64,000 bases of DNA from Candidatus Thorarchaeota archaeon (GCA_003345545.1 PRDH01000044.1:32001-96000); one strand, 5' to 3'; shown: positions 8,491 through 18,268, numbered from the stretch's first letter. Notes: generated by a model from the sequence alone, not told the origin. Program-made: numbers and translations.

Positions 8491-11400
8491 TCAGACGCCA
8501 AAGAACTCTTTTGCATCGAATTTGCCATCCTCTTCCTTCCGCTTCTTTTCCTCTTCTTTCTCTTGCTTTTTCGACCTAGAGTCTCTACTGTCATCCTTTT
8601 GATATGAGAATGAGTCGCCTCGTTTGTGCTTGAGATAGACCCAGCCTCCCACGACCGCAGCAACGCCGCCACCGAGAATGCCTATCACAATCCATGGAAA
8701 TGGACGTACAAGTAAATACCTCTCGTAAGTCAAGGAGAGAGTGTCATGACCACTCTTACTCACGTAGAGTACTATATCAAACAGACCTACATTGTTAGCT
8801 GTCCATGTTTCGTTCACTGTCACGCTGTAGAAGCCATTCTCATCCTCAATGACACTCAATTCTGTTTCATTCAGCCATAACCGCAAATTGGCAGACTCGA
8901 TAGGATTGCCCTCCAAGTCGGATAGCCGAATAGTAACAACAACACGATCTCCGGCCCAGATAATATACTGGCTTAGTGAGATTGTTCTGAGTCGTACTGA
9001 AGGCGCTGAACCCCAATTGACAACATTTTCAACAAAGTCATCTCTGGCCGTGCCATTCGGGCTCGTGGTCGTCAACACGACCTTTCCAGACCCGTAGGTT
9101 CCTGCTACAATGACAGGGCTAGACCCAGCCACCGCAAGGACCGTGAAATTGCTCCAGACTGAGTCAAAACAACCGTAGTAATCGCTCGTTGTGTTTACGA
9201 GATTGGGGATAGTAAGCAGAGGGTGGGATTCTTCAGTATAGGATATCGGTTCAATATCTGTCGTATTGCCGAATGTGATTGGCCATGGGGCCCAACCAAG
9301 AGGACCGGCTATCCCAAGTATGGCTAAAACACCCCCTTCATGGATGTAGGAAATGATCTCAGATGAGTGCGATGCGAAGTCCTCTTCAAAGAAGAGAGAG
9401 AGAGTTTCTGGCTCTACTATGACAGTGTATCGAAGAGGGAGAAGGGATATAAAATCAGTGAAATTCGAGGATTCGTAGTAATCAAAATCAACTGTCAAAG
9501 GAGCGAGCGCGTCTGGCAGATATGAGGAAGCGCCAAGGGCTGCAATAGATGATACACCACGACCCGGCACGTGATTGCCAAAGACCTCAGACGATGGATC
9601 CAGAGCCTGAACATGCAATGAGGTGCTTGGTTCGTAGAGACGAATGGATGGGTCTCCAAACAGAATCTGCTGGTTGGCATAGTCACGAGGATCTCTTCCG
9701 ACCAGAGGATACGCATAGTCGGATGAGGTGAGCGAAAGACCAGCGGAGAGGGCGTCTCCTATTGTGTTACCCTCACAGAGAGATTGAGTGACAAGTACTG
9801 CTAGCATCCCGGCAGGCTGGAAATAGACGGTTCTTGGAGATGCAGTGACTGCGACTGCTCCATGCTGCATGAGTACAAGAGGCATGTCAGTACCGCCAAG
9901 AAGACATGCTGTCAGAATGACAATTGGCGAACCAATATTACCAATGGAGGCATCAAGCTCATCTGTGGACCGTAGGATGTGATTCGAGGATTCCGCAGAG
10001 AAGGAAACCGGATTGACTAATTTGTCTGAATCCGCTGGACTCTCTCGAACAACCAGACTCTCTTCAAAACCGTATGGACTGTCTGTCGATCTCATTGAGA
10101 TGTAGCCTTGGCCGTACGGTCGGTCGGGGGGATCTCTGGGTAGAACTGTTAGTGTCCCGTGTGTGCTCAGGGACCAGAATGCTACCTGAGAGTTCAGTCC
10201 ATTGAAGGTCTCAGTCGCGCCAACATGACTCTCGATCTCGAAGCCAACCGATTCGAGGGCGTCCGTACTGTTTTCTATTTGATATAGCACGGAGTAGTGT
10301 AGGCTATTGTCAACGAATTGTGCTCCGTCTGTATACGCATACATGCTTGTGAGAGCAGTACCCGCAGAGTCTGCTATGAGGAAGAGGTACCTGTGCAGTA
10401 GACCTCGGCTGATGAGAATCGATGCAGTTGAGGGGTCCTCAGCTGGGATCCTCCCTGGATTGAAGGCTGATTGAAGCGAACGATCGAAACTCGAGGGTAG
10501 AAGGGACATTGGTGCTACGATGACACACGGTTGAGCCACTGTCGTGTTGTATGCTCCTCGGGAGGCAAGAAAGTTCTCAAAGTCATTCACAGATTTCATC
10601 ATTGAGTATTTGTTTGGAATTCGCTCGTCATACCATCCGTTCTCAGCACGGTTCTCATACTTGTTTATGACATAGATATTGTTGATTTCAGGACCAATAA
10701 GATAGGGTGCCCAAGTTTCCTGTGCACGAGTAGTCATCTGGTTGTCATCGCCGCACAGGGAGAGTATTGGTGATCCATGGGCCGCTGCGGAATATGCTGC
10801 CGGCCCAAAGAACTCGTTGTTGTCCCCAGTAGGCACAGTGACCACGACATCAGGACTTCCGGATAGCGCAGTGATATTCCCGGTTATTGCGCCATAGCTA
10901 TTAAGATTCTTGAGAGTGTACAGGCCAGTCAGGTCAGTGACAAGTCCGGTCTGTTGCAGGTCACCACTGTCCACAAGCCAGATATCGGTTGCTCCAAGTC
11001 GGTCGAGCGCCCATTGTGTGACTTCAGGTATCTGATTCAGTTCCACATAGAGAAGAGGTACGTTAAGCAGTGATGCAAGGACTGCAGCGTTTGAGGCCGA
11101 TTCCAGGTAGTGATCGATATTTGTCGGAAGTTGAGATATCCTCCATGAGATCCCGATGTTGTTCTGCTCGTTTGTAGCATCCATCCATGAGGCTATGATG
11201 ACCCAGTCACCCTCCATTGGGTATGGAAGCTGGATGGATTCCCTGCCAGGATTGGCCAGAATGCTGCCTGCAGGAGCCCACATTACCAGACGACCATTCG
11301 GGTCAATCAGCGCAAGATTGAGGTCGGTGGCGACATTATCCCAGTTCAATGACACGTTCAACCATTTGGAGTTCGCGGGGACAGGAACCGTTTCGGTGAA

Positions 11401-12318
11401 TCCCGGATGATAGAAAACACTGCAGCTCATAGTCGTGGAACCTGGAGTATCTCTCGTGAGATTCATAGTCCACGTACCGTCAGTGGTCTTCGGAAGCCAA
11501 AAATGCAGCGGTACTGCGTTCTCTACATAGGCAGGATGTCTCGAGAAATAGACTTGGGTGTATACAGAGTAGTCGACAATCTCACCAGCTGGGTCCACGA
11601 GCTCATGGGTGATGATTTCATTGCCAGTCCAGTTGAAGCTGCCCTCAAGCCAGCCGGCCGATGTGGGCGGATCGAATGATATGCTAGTAGGCACGGTCAC
11701 ACCCGTGACAGTCCCTCCAAAAGTGTCTGTTTCTGTCGCATCATTCAGAAAAGTATGACTGCTATTTCCAGAGATAATGGCACCTGCCTGAAAGCTATCT
11801 CTCGCAGGAGAGAGCACGACAGCCCCAGAAGTACGCCATTCTGAAACTGCAATTCTCGCCGCAATCTCTGCGGAACTTATCCCGGTGATTCGAGGATAGA
11901 TCTTCGCGCCAATATCGTACTGTAGCTCCGTAAGATATGATTCTGAGAAATCCCCAATGGCTGTAGCCTGAACAAGTCCACCATCTACACTGAGGTAGTC
12001 TATCCAATCTTCTAGAAACCATTCTTCACTCTCTGAGCCGGATGAATAGATGAGGGGTGAGATGTACTGAGTGCCATTGTCATAGAACACAGACATTGGA
12101 ATAGATGAGAAGTAAGCGAACTCGTCAATGTAGGAGGATGCGTTTGGAGCAACAAGAGCGATTCTTCTTAGAGGAACCTGACTTCCGTTTGCACTAGTCG
12201 AGAAAAGGTTGAAACTTGAATGAGTCCCCATAGAACTTGGAATAACTGTGGTGGCAATGGACCAGAGTAGCAGAGCCAATATGATGGAAGTCAGTATCTT
12301 CATGCGCCAGTGTGTCAA
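8491..12318 (-). CDS. large membrane-anchored surface protein with cell-wall-binding-2-like repeats, PPC-like domains and a putative C25 (gingipain-like) peptidase domain
   Basis: Signal peptide; RITGISSAEIAARIA and AAVLASLLNVPLLYV (CWB2-like); LNWDNVATDLNLALIDPNG (PPC-like); STHG..ILTACLLG..LFGDPS (C25-like His/Cys dyad); C-terminal TM + Lys/Glu tail. Confidence 0.72.
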   Translation of the reverse strand: MTHWRMKILTSIILALLLWSIATTVIPSSMGTHSSFNLFSTSANGSQVPLRRIALVAPNASSYIDEFAYFSSIPMSVFYDNGTQYISPLIYSSGSESEEWFLEDWIDYLSVDGGLVQATAIGDFSESYLTELQYDIGAKIYPRITGISSAEIAARIAVSEWRTSGAVVLSPARDSFQAGAIISGNSSHTFLNDATETDTFGGTVTGVTVPTSISFDPPTSAGWLEGSFNWTGNEIITHELVDPAGEIVDYSVYTQVYFSRHPAYVENAVPLHFWLPKTTDGTWTMNLTRDTPGSTTMSCSVFYHPGFTETVPVPANSKWLNVSLNWDNVATDLNLALIDPNGRLVMWAPAGSILANPGRESIQLPYPMEGDWVIIASWMDATNEQNNIGISWRISQLPTNIDHYLESASNAAVLASLLNVPLLYVELNQIPEVTQWALDRLGATDIWLVDSGDLQQTGLVTDLTGLYTLKNLNSYGAITGNITALSGSPDVVVTVPTGDNNEFFGPAAYSAAAHGSPILSLCGDDNQMTTRAQETWAPYLIGPEINNIYVINKYENRAENGWYDERIPNKYSMMKSVNDFENFLASRGAYNTTVAQPCVIVAPMSLLPSSFDRSLQSAFNPGRIPAEDPSTASILISRGLLHRYLFLIADSAGTALTSMYAYTDGAQFVDNSLHYSVLYQIENSTDALESVGFEIESHVGATETFNGLNSQVAFWSLSTHGTLTVLPRDPPDRPYGQGYISMRSTDSPYGFEESLVVRESPADSDKLVNPVSFSAESSNHILRSTDELDASIGNIGSPIVILTACLLGGTDMPLVLMQHGAVAVTASPRTVYFQPAGMLAVLVTQSLCEGNTIGDALSAGLSLTSSDYAYPLVGRDPRDYANQQILFGDPSIRLYEPSTSLHVQALDPSSEVFGNHVPGRGVSSIAALGASSYLPDALAPLTVDFDYYESSNFTDFISLLPLRYTVIVEPETLSLFFEEDFASHSSEIISYIHEGGVLAILGIAGPLGWAPWPITFGNTTDIEPISYTEESHPLLTIPNLVNTTSDYYGCFDSVWSNFTVLAVAGSSPVIVAGTYGSGKVVLTTTSPNGTARDDFVENVVNWGSAPSVRLRTISLSQYIIWAGDRVVVTIRLSDLEGNPIESANLRLWLNETELSVIEDENGFYSVTVNETWTANNVGLFDIVLYVSKSGHDTLSLTYERYLLVRPFPWIVIGILGGGVAAVVGGWVYLKHKRGDSFSYQKDDSRDSRSKKQEKEEEKKRKEEDGKFDAKEFFGV

Positions 12319-12422
12319 TGAGGTCTACTCCATAGGAAGATACTCGAATGACAGAACCTATGCAAATAGAGTTTTCCCGTTGAGAAGGAAACTAATCCGG
12401 GGCGTATTGCCCTAGGCAGTCA

Positions 12423-13310
12423 CTAATCATCCTCAATGCCGAGCAGGTCTGGATCGAAGTCCTCATCTCCTTCATCATCATCCGGAATCTCCTCTTCCTC
12501 AGGCAAGGCATCTCGCAAATCGTCAATCATGCGTCTAAGTCTTCGACGAGTCGCCTTTGGGATATCCCACATCTTCTGTTCAGCTCTATCAAGTACCTCT
12601 CTAGCAATACCAAGAATCTCTGCTTCAGAGTAGTTCTTTGCAGCATCGACAAAAAGCTCAGCAGCTCTCTTCTCATCGCCACTCGTTTCGGAGATGTCAC
12701 CAAGGAATGAGAGTGCATCTGCAATGCCTTCCTTGTCGCCCATATCTTCATAGAGTTTCAGAGCCTTCTTGATTGTAGCCTGAGCGTTCGTCCAGTCCTC
12801 TTTGTCAGCGTATGCAGCTCCCATGTCCATGACAACACTTGCCATTCCTTGGTCATTCTCAAGGGCCTTGTAGGCCTTCTGTGCCTTCTTGAAGTACTCC
12901 ATTGCTTCATCGAAGTTGCCATGCCCAAGATTTGCCAGGCCAAGACCATAAATTGCATCTGCAACGCCATTCTTGTTAGAAGCCTTCTCAAAGAGTTTCA
13001 TGGCGGTTTCCAACGACAAGAGTGCTTCATCCCAACGCTCCAGATTGATACTTGCGACGCCGAGGTTGTAGATAGTATCACAGCTACCGTTTTCATCCTT
13101 CAATTCCTTGTAGATACGCTGGGATTCCTCAAAACACTTGTGGGCCTCCTCGAACTCCTCAACAGACATGTAGATATTGCCTGCTGCATTGAACATCTTA
13201 GCTGCCTCATCCTTCTGTCCGGATGCGAGGGCGGCTGCTGCCTGCTCCAAGAGCTCAGCAGGATTCATGTCTTCCAAAGCAACGTCGGGGTCTTCTGTCA
13301 TAAGGCGCAC
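12423..13310 (-). CDS. tetratricopeptide repeat protein with acidic C-terminal tail
   Basis: ~40-aa TPR repeats (TIYNLGV..WDEAL; AIYGLGL..FDEAMEYFKKA; DMGAAY; ADALSFLG). Confidence 0.85.
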   Translation of the reverse strand: MRLMTEDPDVALEDMNPAELLEQAAAALASGQKDEAAKMFNAAGNIYMSVEEFEEAHKCFEESQRIYKELKDENGSCDTIYNLGVASINLERWDEALLSLETAMKLFEKASNKNGVADAIYGLGLANLGHGNFDEAMEYFKKAQKAYKALENDQGMASVVMDMGAAYADKEDWTNAQATIKKALKLYEDMGDKEGIADALSFLGDISETSGDEKRAAELFVDAAKNYSEAEILGIAREVLDRAEQKMWDIPKATRRRLRRMIDDLRDALPEEEEIPDDDEGDEDFDPDLLGIEDD

Positions 13311-13429
13311 CTAGTGAGTATGAGTGGTTGCGGTCTATATTGCTTTTGATTCTTTCTAATGAAACATCTGCCCTATATCTCAATTGATGGCCGACGGAGA
13401 GGCGATATTTTCCATAACGGACGGCGCCT

Positions 13430-14131
13430 TTATCGCTGCATGATGCTGACAGGTTTCTCCAAGAGGTGGCGTACAGCATCCTTGACCTTGAATTGTTCAT
13501 CACCCACTTGTACCTCAAGGAGTTTTCTCAGCTCAAAACGTCTGAGATAGCCAACGGCCTGGTCGCGTTCGAGATTGAGGTCCTTCATCAATTTCTTGAG
13601 GCCATCTTTTGCCCCGCTGTACTTGGCGAATTTCCCGAAGACAGTGCTCCATTGCATCATGACAAGATAGAGTAAGGTTCGAAGCATGCTATCCACATTC
13701 TCCCCAGTCTTTGCAGACACCGGAAAAACAGGAAGACCAGCCAAGAAGCGCAAGTTCATTCTGAGCGAGTCGATTGGTCGAGCTCCCTGCAAGTCCTGCT
13801 TGTTTGCAGCTACAACACAGGGCACTCCAGGAAGGAAGAATGCTATCTCTCGAAAGAAGAGCTTTGCTCTGGCATCAGAGTCCGGATCTACTGAATCAAC
13901 GACAAAAATGATGCCGTCTGCTCCCGAACTCAGTATCTTTCGCATAGTTCGAAATCGTAGAAGGCCCGGTGTTCCGAACATGAAGACACTCATGCCATCC
14001 ACATTGGCTAGACCATGATCCATCGCAATAGTTGTACCTCTGCGTTCGATATTGATGCATTGTCCATTGGTAATGTGGTAAATCATTTGGCTTTTGCCGG
14101 CTTCATATGGCCCAGTCACGACAATCTTCAT
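13430..14131 (-). CDS. small ATP/GTP-binding protein (CvnD/MglA-related) with C-terminal helical/wHTH extension
   Basis: VVTGPYEAGKS, TTIAMDHG, FGTPG..RF, FVVDS, ANKQDL, VSAKTG. Confidence 0.87.
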   Translation of the reverse strand: MKIVVTGPYEAGKSQMIYHITNGQCINIERRGTTIAMDHGLANVDGMSVFMFGTPGLLRFRTMRKILSSGADGIIFVVDSVDPDSDARAKLFFREIAFFLPGVPCVVAANKQDLQGARPIDSLRMNLRFLAGLPVFPVSAKTGENVDSMLRTLLYLVMMQWSTVFGKFAKYSGAKDGLKKLMKDLNLERDQAVGYLRRFELRKLLEVQVGDEQFKVKDAVRHLLEKPVSIMQR

Positions 14132-14318
14132 TCCTCAACACCCACATCATATTTCTGAATGGCTGTGCTCCCAGTAATCTCATGGTCGTTAAATGGTTTG
14201 CCGTTATTAAGCACGAATTGCAAAGCTCCAGAAACAAGATGGTCAGTCCGCGACCCAAGAATATATATCGACAAAACACGAAGTATTTGGTAGAATAATA
14301 ATAGAAGTGAACTCAATC

Positions 14319-14483
14319 ATGGCAGAATCAAAGACCAACGTAAGCGAAGAGTTCTGGCTCTTTCATGATTTGGAAAAGGATGAGAAGATCGAGCTTCGCA
14401 AGTTCATTGACCCAGAGCTTGATTTGGATTCCATTAAGGGCATAGACAAGCTCTTTGATAAACTGAATCACCTGCTTGATTAG
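14319..14483 (+). CDS. small acidic protein (54 aa), absent from the ORF track
   Basis: MAESKTNVSEEFWLFHDLEKDEKIELRKFIDPELDLDSIKGIDKLFDKLNHLLD*; GAAGTGA upstream, TATA-like AATATATAT at ~14260, hairpin after the stop. Confidence 0.6.
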   Translation: MAESKTNVSEEFWLFHDLEKDEKIELRKFIDPELDLDSIKGIDKLFDKLNHLLD

Positions 14484-14496
14484 ATGTAGGAGAGAG

Positions 14497-14514
14497 GCTG
14501 CTGCCTGCAGCAGC
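14497..14514 (+). terminator. short inverted repeat downstream of the 54-aa ORF
   Basis: GCTGCTG-cctg-CAGCAGC. Confidence 0.3.
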
Positions 14515-14552
14515 AATTCTCAAGCGCCAAAGCCAGGTTCTAGCGAAATTCA

Positions 14553-14792
14553 TCACAACGGGCCGCAGGTTGCTGTGGTAGCAAATCTCTGCCATCCTAT
14601 TGAATACACGTAATCGTCCGAATTGCAGGCGACAATTTTTCTCTGAACTGAGCCTTCACATACCGATGTGAAGACATCAACATTCAACGATTTCAGTCCG
14701 TCATTGACAGAATGAGCCGCAACATCATCCCCAATCTCACCCGTACATGTGTTTGCATGTGAGAGCATTGCAGCAGCCTGAAGCAGCCCCAT
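14553..14792 (-). CDS. possible small hypothetical protein or gene remnant
   Basis: 79-aa ORF with AAGGAGG a few nt upstream of ATG; no family recognised. Confidence 0.25.
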   Translation of the reverse strand: MGLLQAAAMLSHANTCTGEIGDDVAAHSVNDGLKSLNVDVFTSVCEGSVQRKIVACNSDDYVYSIGWQRFATTATCGPL

Positions 14793-14942
14793 GAGAACAT
14801 CCTCCTTACGTTCGCCTGTAACTGCGGAGACACAAATACTACTGTCTCCTTGCGCATCCCAGGCCCCAAGGTTAGCTCACTTCACAACGCTTATAGCGAG
14901 TCTAACGAGGAAGTTGGCAATCAGACATTGAGAGTGGATTAG

Positions 14943-16388
14943 ATGGACATCAAGAAGGTTTCCGAGAATGTATTCGAAATCCAGAAAGGTACTCAACCAT
15001 GCATGAGAGTTCCTGTCAGGATTTATGCGTCAGATGATCTGGTCAAAAAGATGAAACAAGATGCTACATTCAAACAGGCGACCAATGCAGCATGTATCCC
15101 AGGTATCTACACCTATAGCATAGTTCTTCCTGATGGCCACCAAGGGTATGGATTTCCCATTGGCGGCGTGGCAGCCACTGACTATGAGAGCGGCGTCATA
15201 TCTCCAGGTGGAGTGGGATACGATATCAACTGCGGTGTCAGAGTGCTTAGGACCAATCTTGACGAGAAGGATGTCAGGCCTAAGATTAGACAGTTAATTG
15301 ACCAGCTATTTGCCGATGTGCCAACCGGTGTTGGGAAGCAGGGCAAAATCAATCTACAATCGCACAAGGGCGTTGATGAGGTTCTTGAGGGTGGCTCAAT
15401 GTGGGCAGTCGAGGAAGGATATGGCTGGGAAGATGATCTTGAGAATCAGGAGGCCAATGGCAGGCTGGACATCGCAAATCCCGCAGATGTGCCAGGATCT
15501 GCCAAGGACAGAGGGCTCAAGCAGAGTGGAACATTAGGATCCGGAAATCACTTCCTCGAGATTCAACTCGTTGATGACATATATGATGAGCGGGCTGCTA
15601 AGATGATGGGAATCACGAGAAAGGGACAGGTGATGATCATGATTCACAGTGGCTCTCGTGGACTCGGACACCAAGTCTGTTCAGAGTTCATCCGGACAAT
15701 GACTCAGGCTATGCGAAAGTACAAGATTGAAGTACCTGACAGAGAACTATGTTGTGCTCCAACGACGTCGCCAGAGGGTCAAGCATACCTGGGAGCGATG
15801 AGTGCTGCAGCCAACTATGCTTTTGCCAATAGACAAGCCATGATGCACTGGACACGAGAGGCATTCTCAAAGGTCATGGGTCAATCCCCTGAGGACATGG
15901 ACATGAAACTGATCTATGATGTCGCGCACAATATGGGCAAGGTTGAGGAACATGATATTGAAGGAAAGAGGACCAAGGTCGTTGTCCATAGAAAGGGCGC
16001 CACGAGGGCGTTCCCACCAGGACACCCGGATGTGCCTTCAAAATACCGCAGCATTGGGCAGCCTGTAATCATTCCCGGAACCATGGGGACTGCATCGTAC
16101 ATTCTGATAGGAAATGAACGCAGTATGAAACTGTCATTCGGTTCCACAGCACATGGAGCAGGACGTTTTCTCAGTCGTACACAGGCGAAGAGCAGATATC
16201 AGGGAAGAGAGATACAAGAGCAACTTGCTGGGGAGGGCATCATTGTCAAAGCCACTCAGGGTGTGGTAATAGCCGAAGAAGCTCCTGGAGCATACAAGGA
16301 TGTTGATGAGGTCGTCAGAGTTTCTGATTCAATCGGAATCGCAACCAAGGCAGTCAGATTGCGACCTATCGGTGTCATCAAGGGATAG
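14943..16388 (+). CDS. rtcB: RNA-splicing ligase RtcB (no intein)
   Basis: PDGHQGYGFPIGGV, GYDINCGVR, GSGNHFLE, HSGSRG, HRKGAT, STAHGAGR, EEAPGAYKD. Confidence 0.97.
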   Translation: MDIKKVSENVFEIQKGTQPCMRVPVRIYASDDLVKKMKQDATFKQATNAACIPGIYTYSIVLPDGHQGYGFPIGGVAATDYESGVISPGGVGYDINCGVRVLRTNLDEKDVRPKIRQLIDQLFADVPTGVGKQGKINLQSHKGVDEVLEGGSMWAVEEGYGWEDDLENQEANGRLDIANPADVPGSAKDRGLKQSGTLGSGNHFLEIQLVDDIYDERAAKMMGITRKGQVMIMIHSGSRGLGHQVCSEFIRTMTQAMRKYKIEVPDRELCCAPTTSPEGQAYLGAMSAAANYAFANRQAMMHWTREAFSKVMGQSPEDMDMKLIYDVAHNMGKVEEHDIEGKRTKVVVHRKGATRAFPPGHPDVPSKYRSIGQPVIIPGTMGTASYILIGNERSMKLSFGSTAHGAGRFLSRTQAKSRYQGREIQEQLAGEGIIVKATQGVVIAEEAPGAYKDVDEVVRVSDSIGIATKAVRLRPIGVIKG

Positions 16389-17306
16389 GCTCTGAGAGCG
16401 ATCACTAGATGCAACGTCAGTGAGCACAGCGGCAACTCCCAACAGAATGATGGTGAAGCCGATGAGTACTGCAGGCGAGGGAATACGATTGAGAAAAACC
16501 ATAGCCAAGATGGTAGCTCCTACTGGCTCACCAAGAACAGCAGATGATACCACGTATGCAGGTACTTTTGTGAGTAGGTAGTTGTTGACTGAGTGTCCGA
16601 GCACGGTTGGGAAAACAGCCAGTGCTATGAATATCAGGACCTCAGATGGCTCGAAAACTAATACGTTGTATCCACTTAGAATGCACAGGCCCAGAGTCGT
16701 GATTGCCGCAGCAAGATAGACAATGGAAGTGTAGACGGTAATTGGCACTCCTCGGGCGTATCTTCTTCCGCCTATGAAGTAGATTGCAAGGAATACGGCA
16801 CCAGCAAGTGCCAGAAGGTCGCCGGTCAATGCGCCCAAATCTAGACCATCATAGTCGACCCATGCCAAGAAGATGGCTCCAGTAACGGCTACTAGAATGC
16901 CAATCCATGAACGTCTCCGCAGAGATTCACCTAGGAAGAGCGTAGAGAGAATGGCAACGAAGATTGGAGATGAATCCACAAGAACTACACTTGCAGAAAT
17001 AGATGTCATCTCGAGCGATTGAAACCAAGTCGAGAAATGTAGGGAGAGAATGACACCGATTCCAACAAGCCACGGCCAAGTTCCACGTATTTGTGGTCCT
17101 TTCAGCGCAGCGAGGTCGCCTCTGACAACTCCGATAGCAGCCATAAAGAGAGATCCATATAGTGTTCTCCAAAACACCTTCACAAGGGAAGGAGATGTGC
17201 TCACCGTAATCAAGATACTGGCGCTCGATACCATCGAAACGGAGAGTATCAACAGTAGCACCACTCTGGCTCCACTTATCGATTCATCGATGTTCGATGT
17301 TGGCAT
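16329..17306 (-). CDS. DMT/EamA family transporter
   Basis: ~10 hydrophobic segments, LHF..WF.SL, P.FVA..S..FLGE, GD.LAL, EPVGA; ATG 17306 preferred; 60-nt convergent overlap with rtcB. Confidence 0.88.
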   Translation of the reverse strand: MPTSNIDESISGARVVLLLILSVSMVSSASILITVSTSPSLVKVFWRTLYGSLFMAAIGVVRGDLAALKGPQIRGTWPWLVGIGVILSLHFSTWFQSLEMTSISASVVLVDSSPIFVAILSTLFLGESLRRRSWIGILVAVTGAIFLAWVDYDGLDLGALTGDLLALAGAVFLAIYFIGGRRYARGVPITVYTSIVYLAAAITTLGLCILSGYNVLVFEPSEVLIFIALAVFPTVLGHSVNNYLLTKVPAYVVSSAVLGEPVGATILAMVFLNRIPSPAVLIGFTIILLGVAAVLTDVASSDRSQSLSLDDTDRSQSDCLGCDSD

Positions 17307-17310
17307 TGTG

Positions 17311-17811
17311 CTACACCACAGGATTACGGCCCGTATGGCCACATGCAATGCAACGAGTCTTATCCTCTAGGACTTCTGCCACTTGGCTGTCACAGGCCGT
17401 ACACTTTTGGACTATCAAGTTCTCAGCATCAAAGGAGCGAAGAACCTGATCTACCTCTTTCAAAGACTCATATCTGAAAAGCACTTTTCCCTCAGCCCCT
17501 AGCACCATCTTGGACACTCGTTCAGAATTGGATTGGAGAAACATTAGCACAGGTTTCATCAGTCCGATGGCCAGCATAATCTCCATCCCAACTCCAAGCG
17601 ATGGACTTGAAACCTCAGCGATAAGCAAATCACACATCCTGACATGCTCAACATCGCGTCTGTAGATAAGATTAGGTTCACGTGCTGCCAAGAGTTGCGG
17701 TGCGAAGACTGTAACACCATTGTCCTCCATTGCTCCTATCACAGTGGAACAGAAATCATCCTTGCGCAGAGTGTCATGAATGATAGGTGCGGAGAGATAT
17801 ACCAAAACCAT
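17311..17811 (-). CDS. nucleoside 2-deoxyribosyltransferase / DNPH1(RCL)-like N-glycosidase with C-terminal Zn ribbon
   Basis: VYLSAP, RRD...CD..IAEVSSPSLGVGMEI; CTAC...CIAC. Confidence 0.8.
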   Translation of the reverse strand: MVLVYLSAPIIHDTLRKDDFCSTVIGAMEDNGVTVFAPQLLAAREPNLIYRRDVEHVRMCDLLIAEVSSPSLGVGMEIMLAIGLMKPVLMFLQSNSERVSKMVLGAEGKVLFRYESLKEVDQVLRSFDAENLIVQKCTACDSQVAEVLEDKTRCIACGHTGRNPVV

Positions 17812-17843
17812 ACCAGCACGGCTCCGTGGATTCCTGTTATGCT

Positions 17844-18203
17844 CTACTCTTCCGATATGGTAGACTCCTTTGAAGCACCCAACTCAGTGATAGATGGAAC
17901 TGAGCCATCATCTTCGAGCAGTTCGTACTTTCCTGAGCGACCCAATGAGAGCTGTACTTTTCCCTGCCACTCCTTTGCCCAACCGTCTTCGATCTTTATC
18001 ACCATTCCTGCAGACAGGTCATTGCCTTCATTGAAGCCCCAGAGAGAGAGGATTGCAGAACCAGAATCATCAGCCACAAGTACTTCCTTTAGCATCGTCT
18101 TGCGTCCTGCCCGTGTCTGAATCATTCTGGCCGGCGCCACAGATATCACTCTGACGATTAGATTTGAGATGTTCTTTCCTGGCTCAACTTCCACTAACTT
18201 CAC
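17844..18203 (-). CDS. ssb: single-OB-fold ssDNA-binding protein (crenarchaeal SSB-like)
   Basis: VRVISV, VADDSGSAILSLWG, GWAKEWQGKVQLSLG; short acidic tail. Confidence 0.82.
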   Translation of the reverse strand: MKLVEVEPGKNISNLIVRVISVAPARMIQTRAGRKTMLKEVLVADDSGSAILSLWGFNEGNDLSAGMVIKIEDGWAKEWQGKVQLSLGRSGKYELLEDDGSVPSITELGASKESTISEE

Positions 18204-18268
18204 GAGAACTCACACTATTGGCTTACTCAAACCTCTAAATCAGTCTATCGCCAAGACAATAGCTGTGG

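Noticed and set aside
14128-14316. 62-aa - strand ORF overlapping the GTPase start
   Set aside because: Spans the probable divergent promoter region, has a TTG start without RBS and no recognisable features
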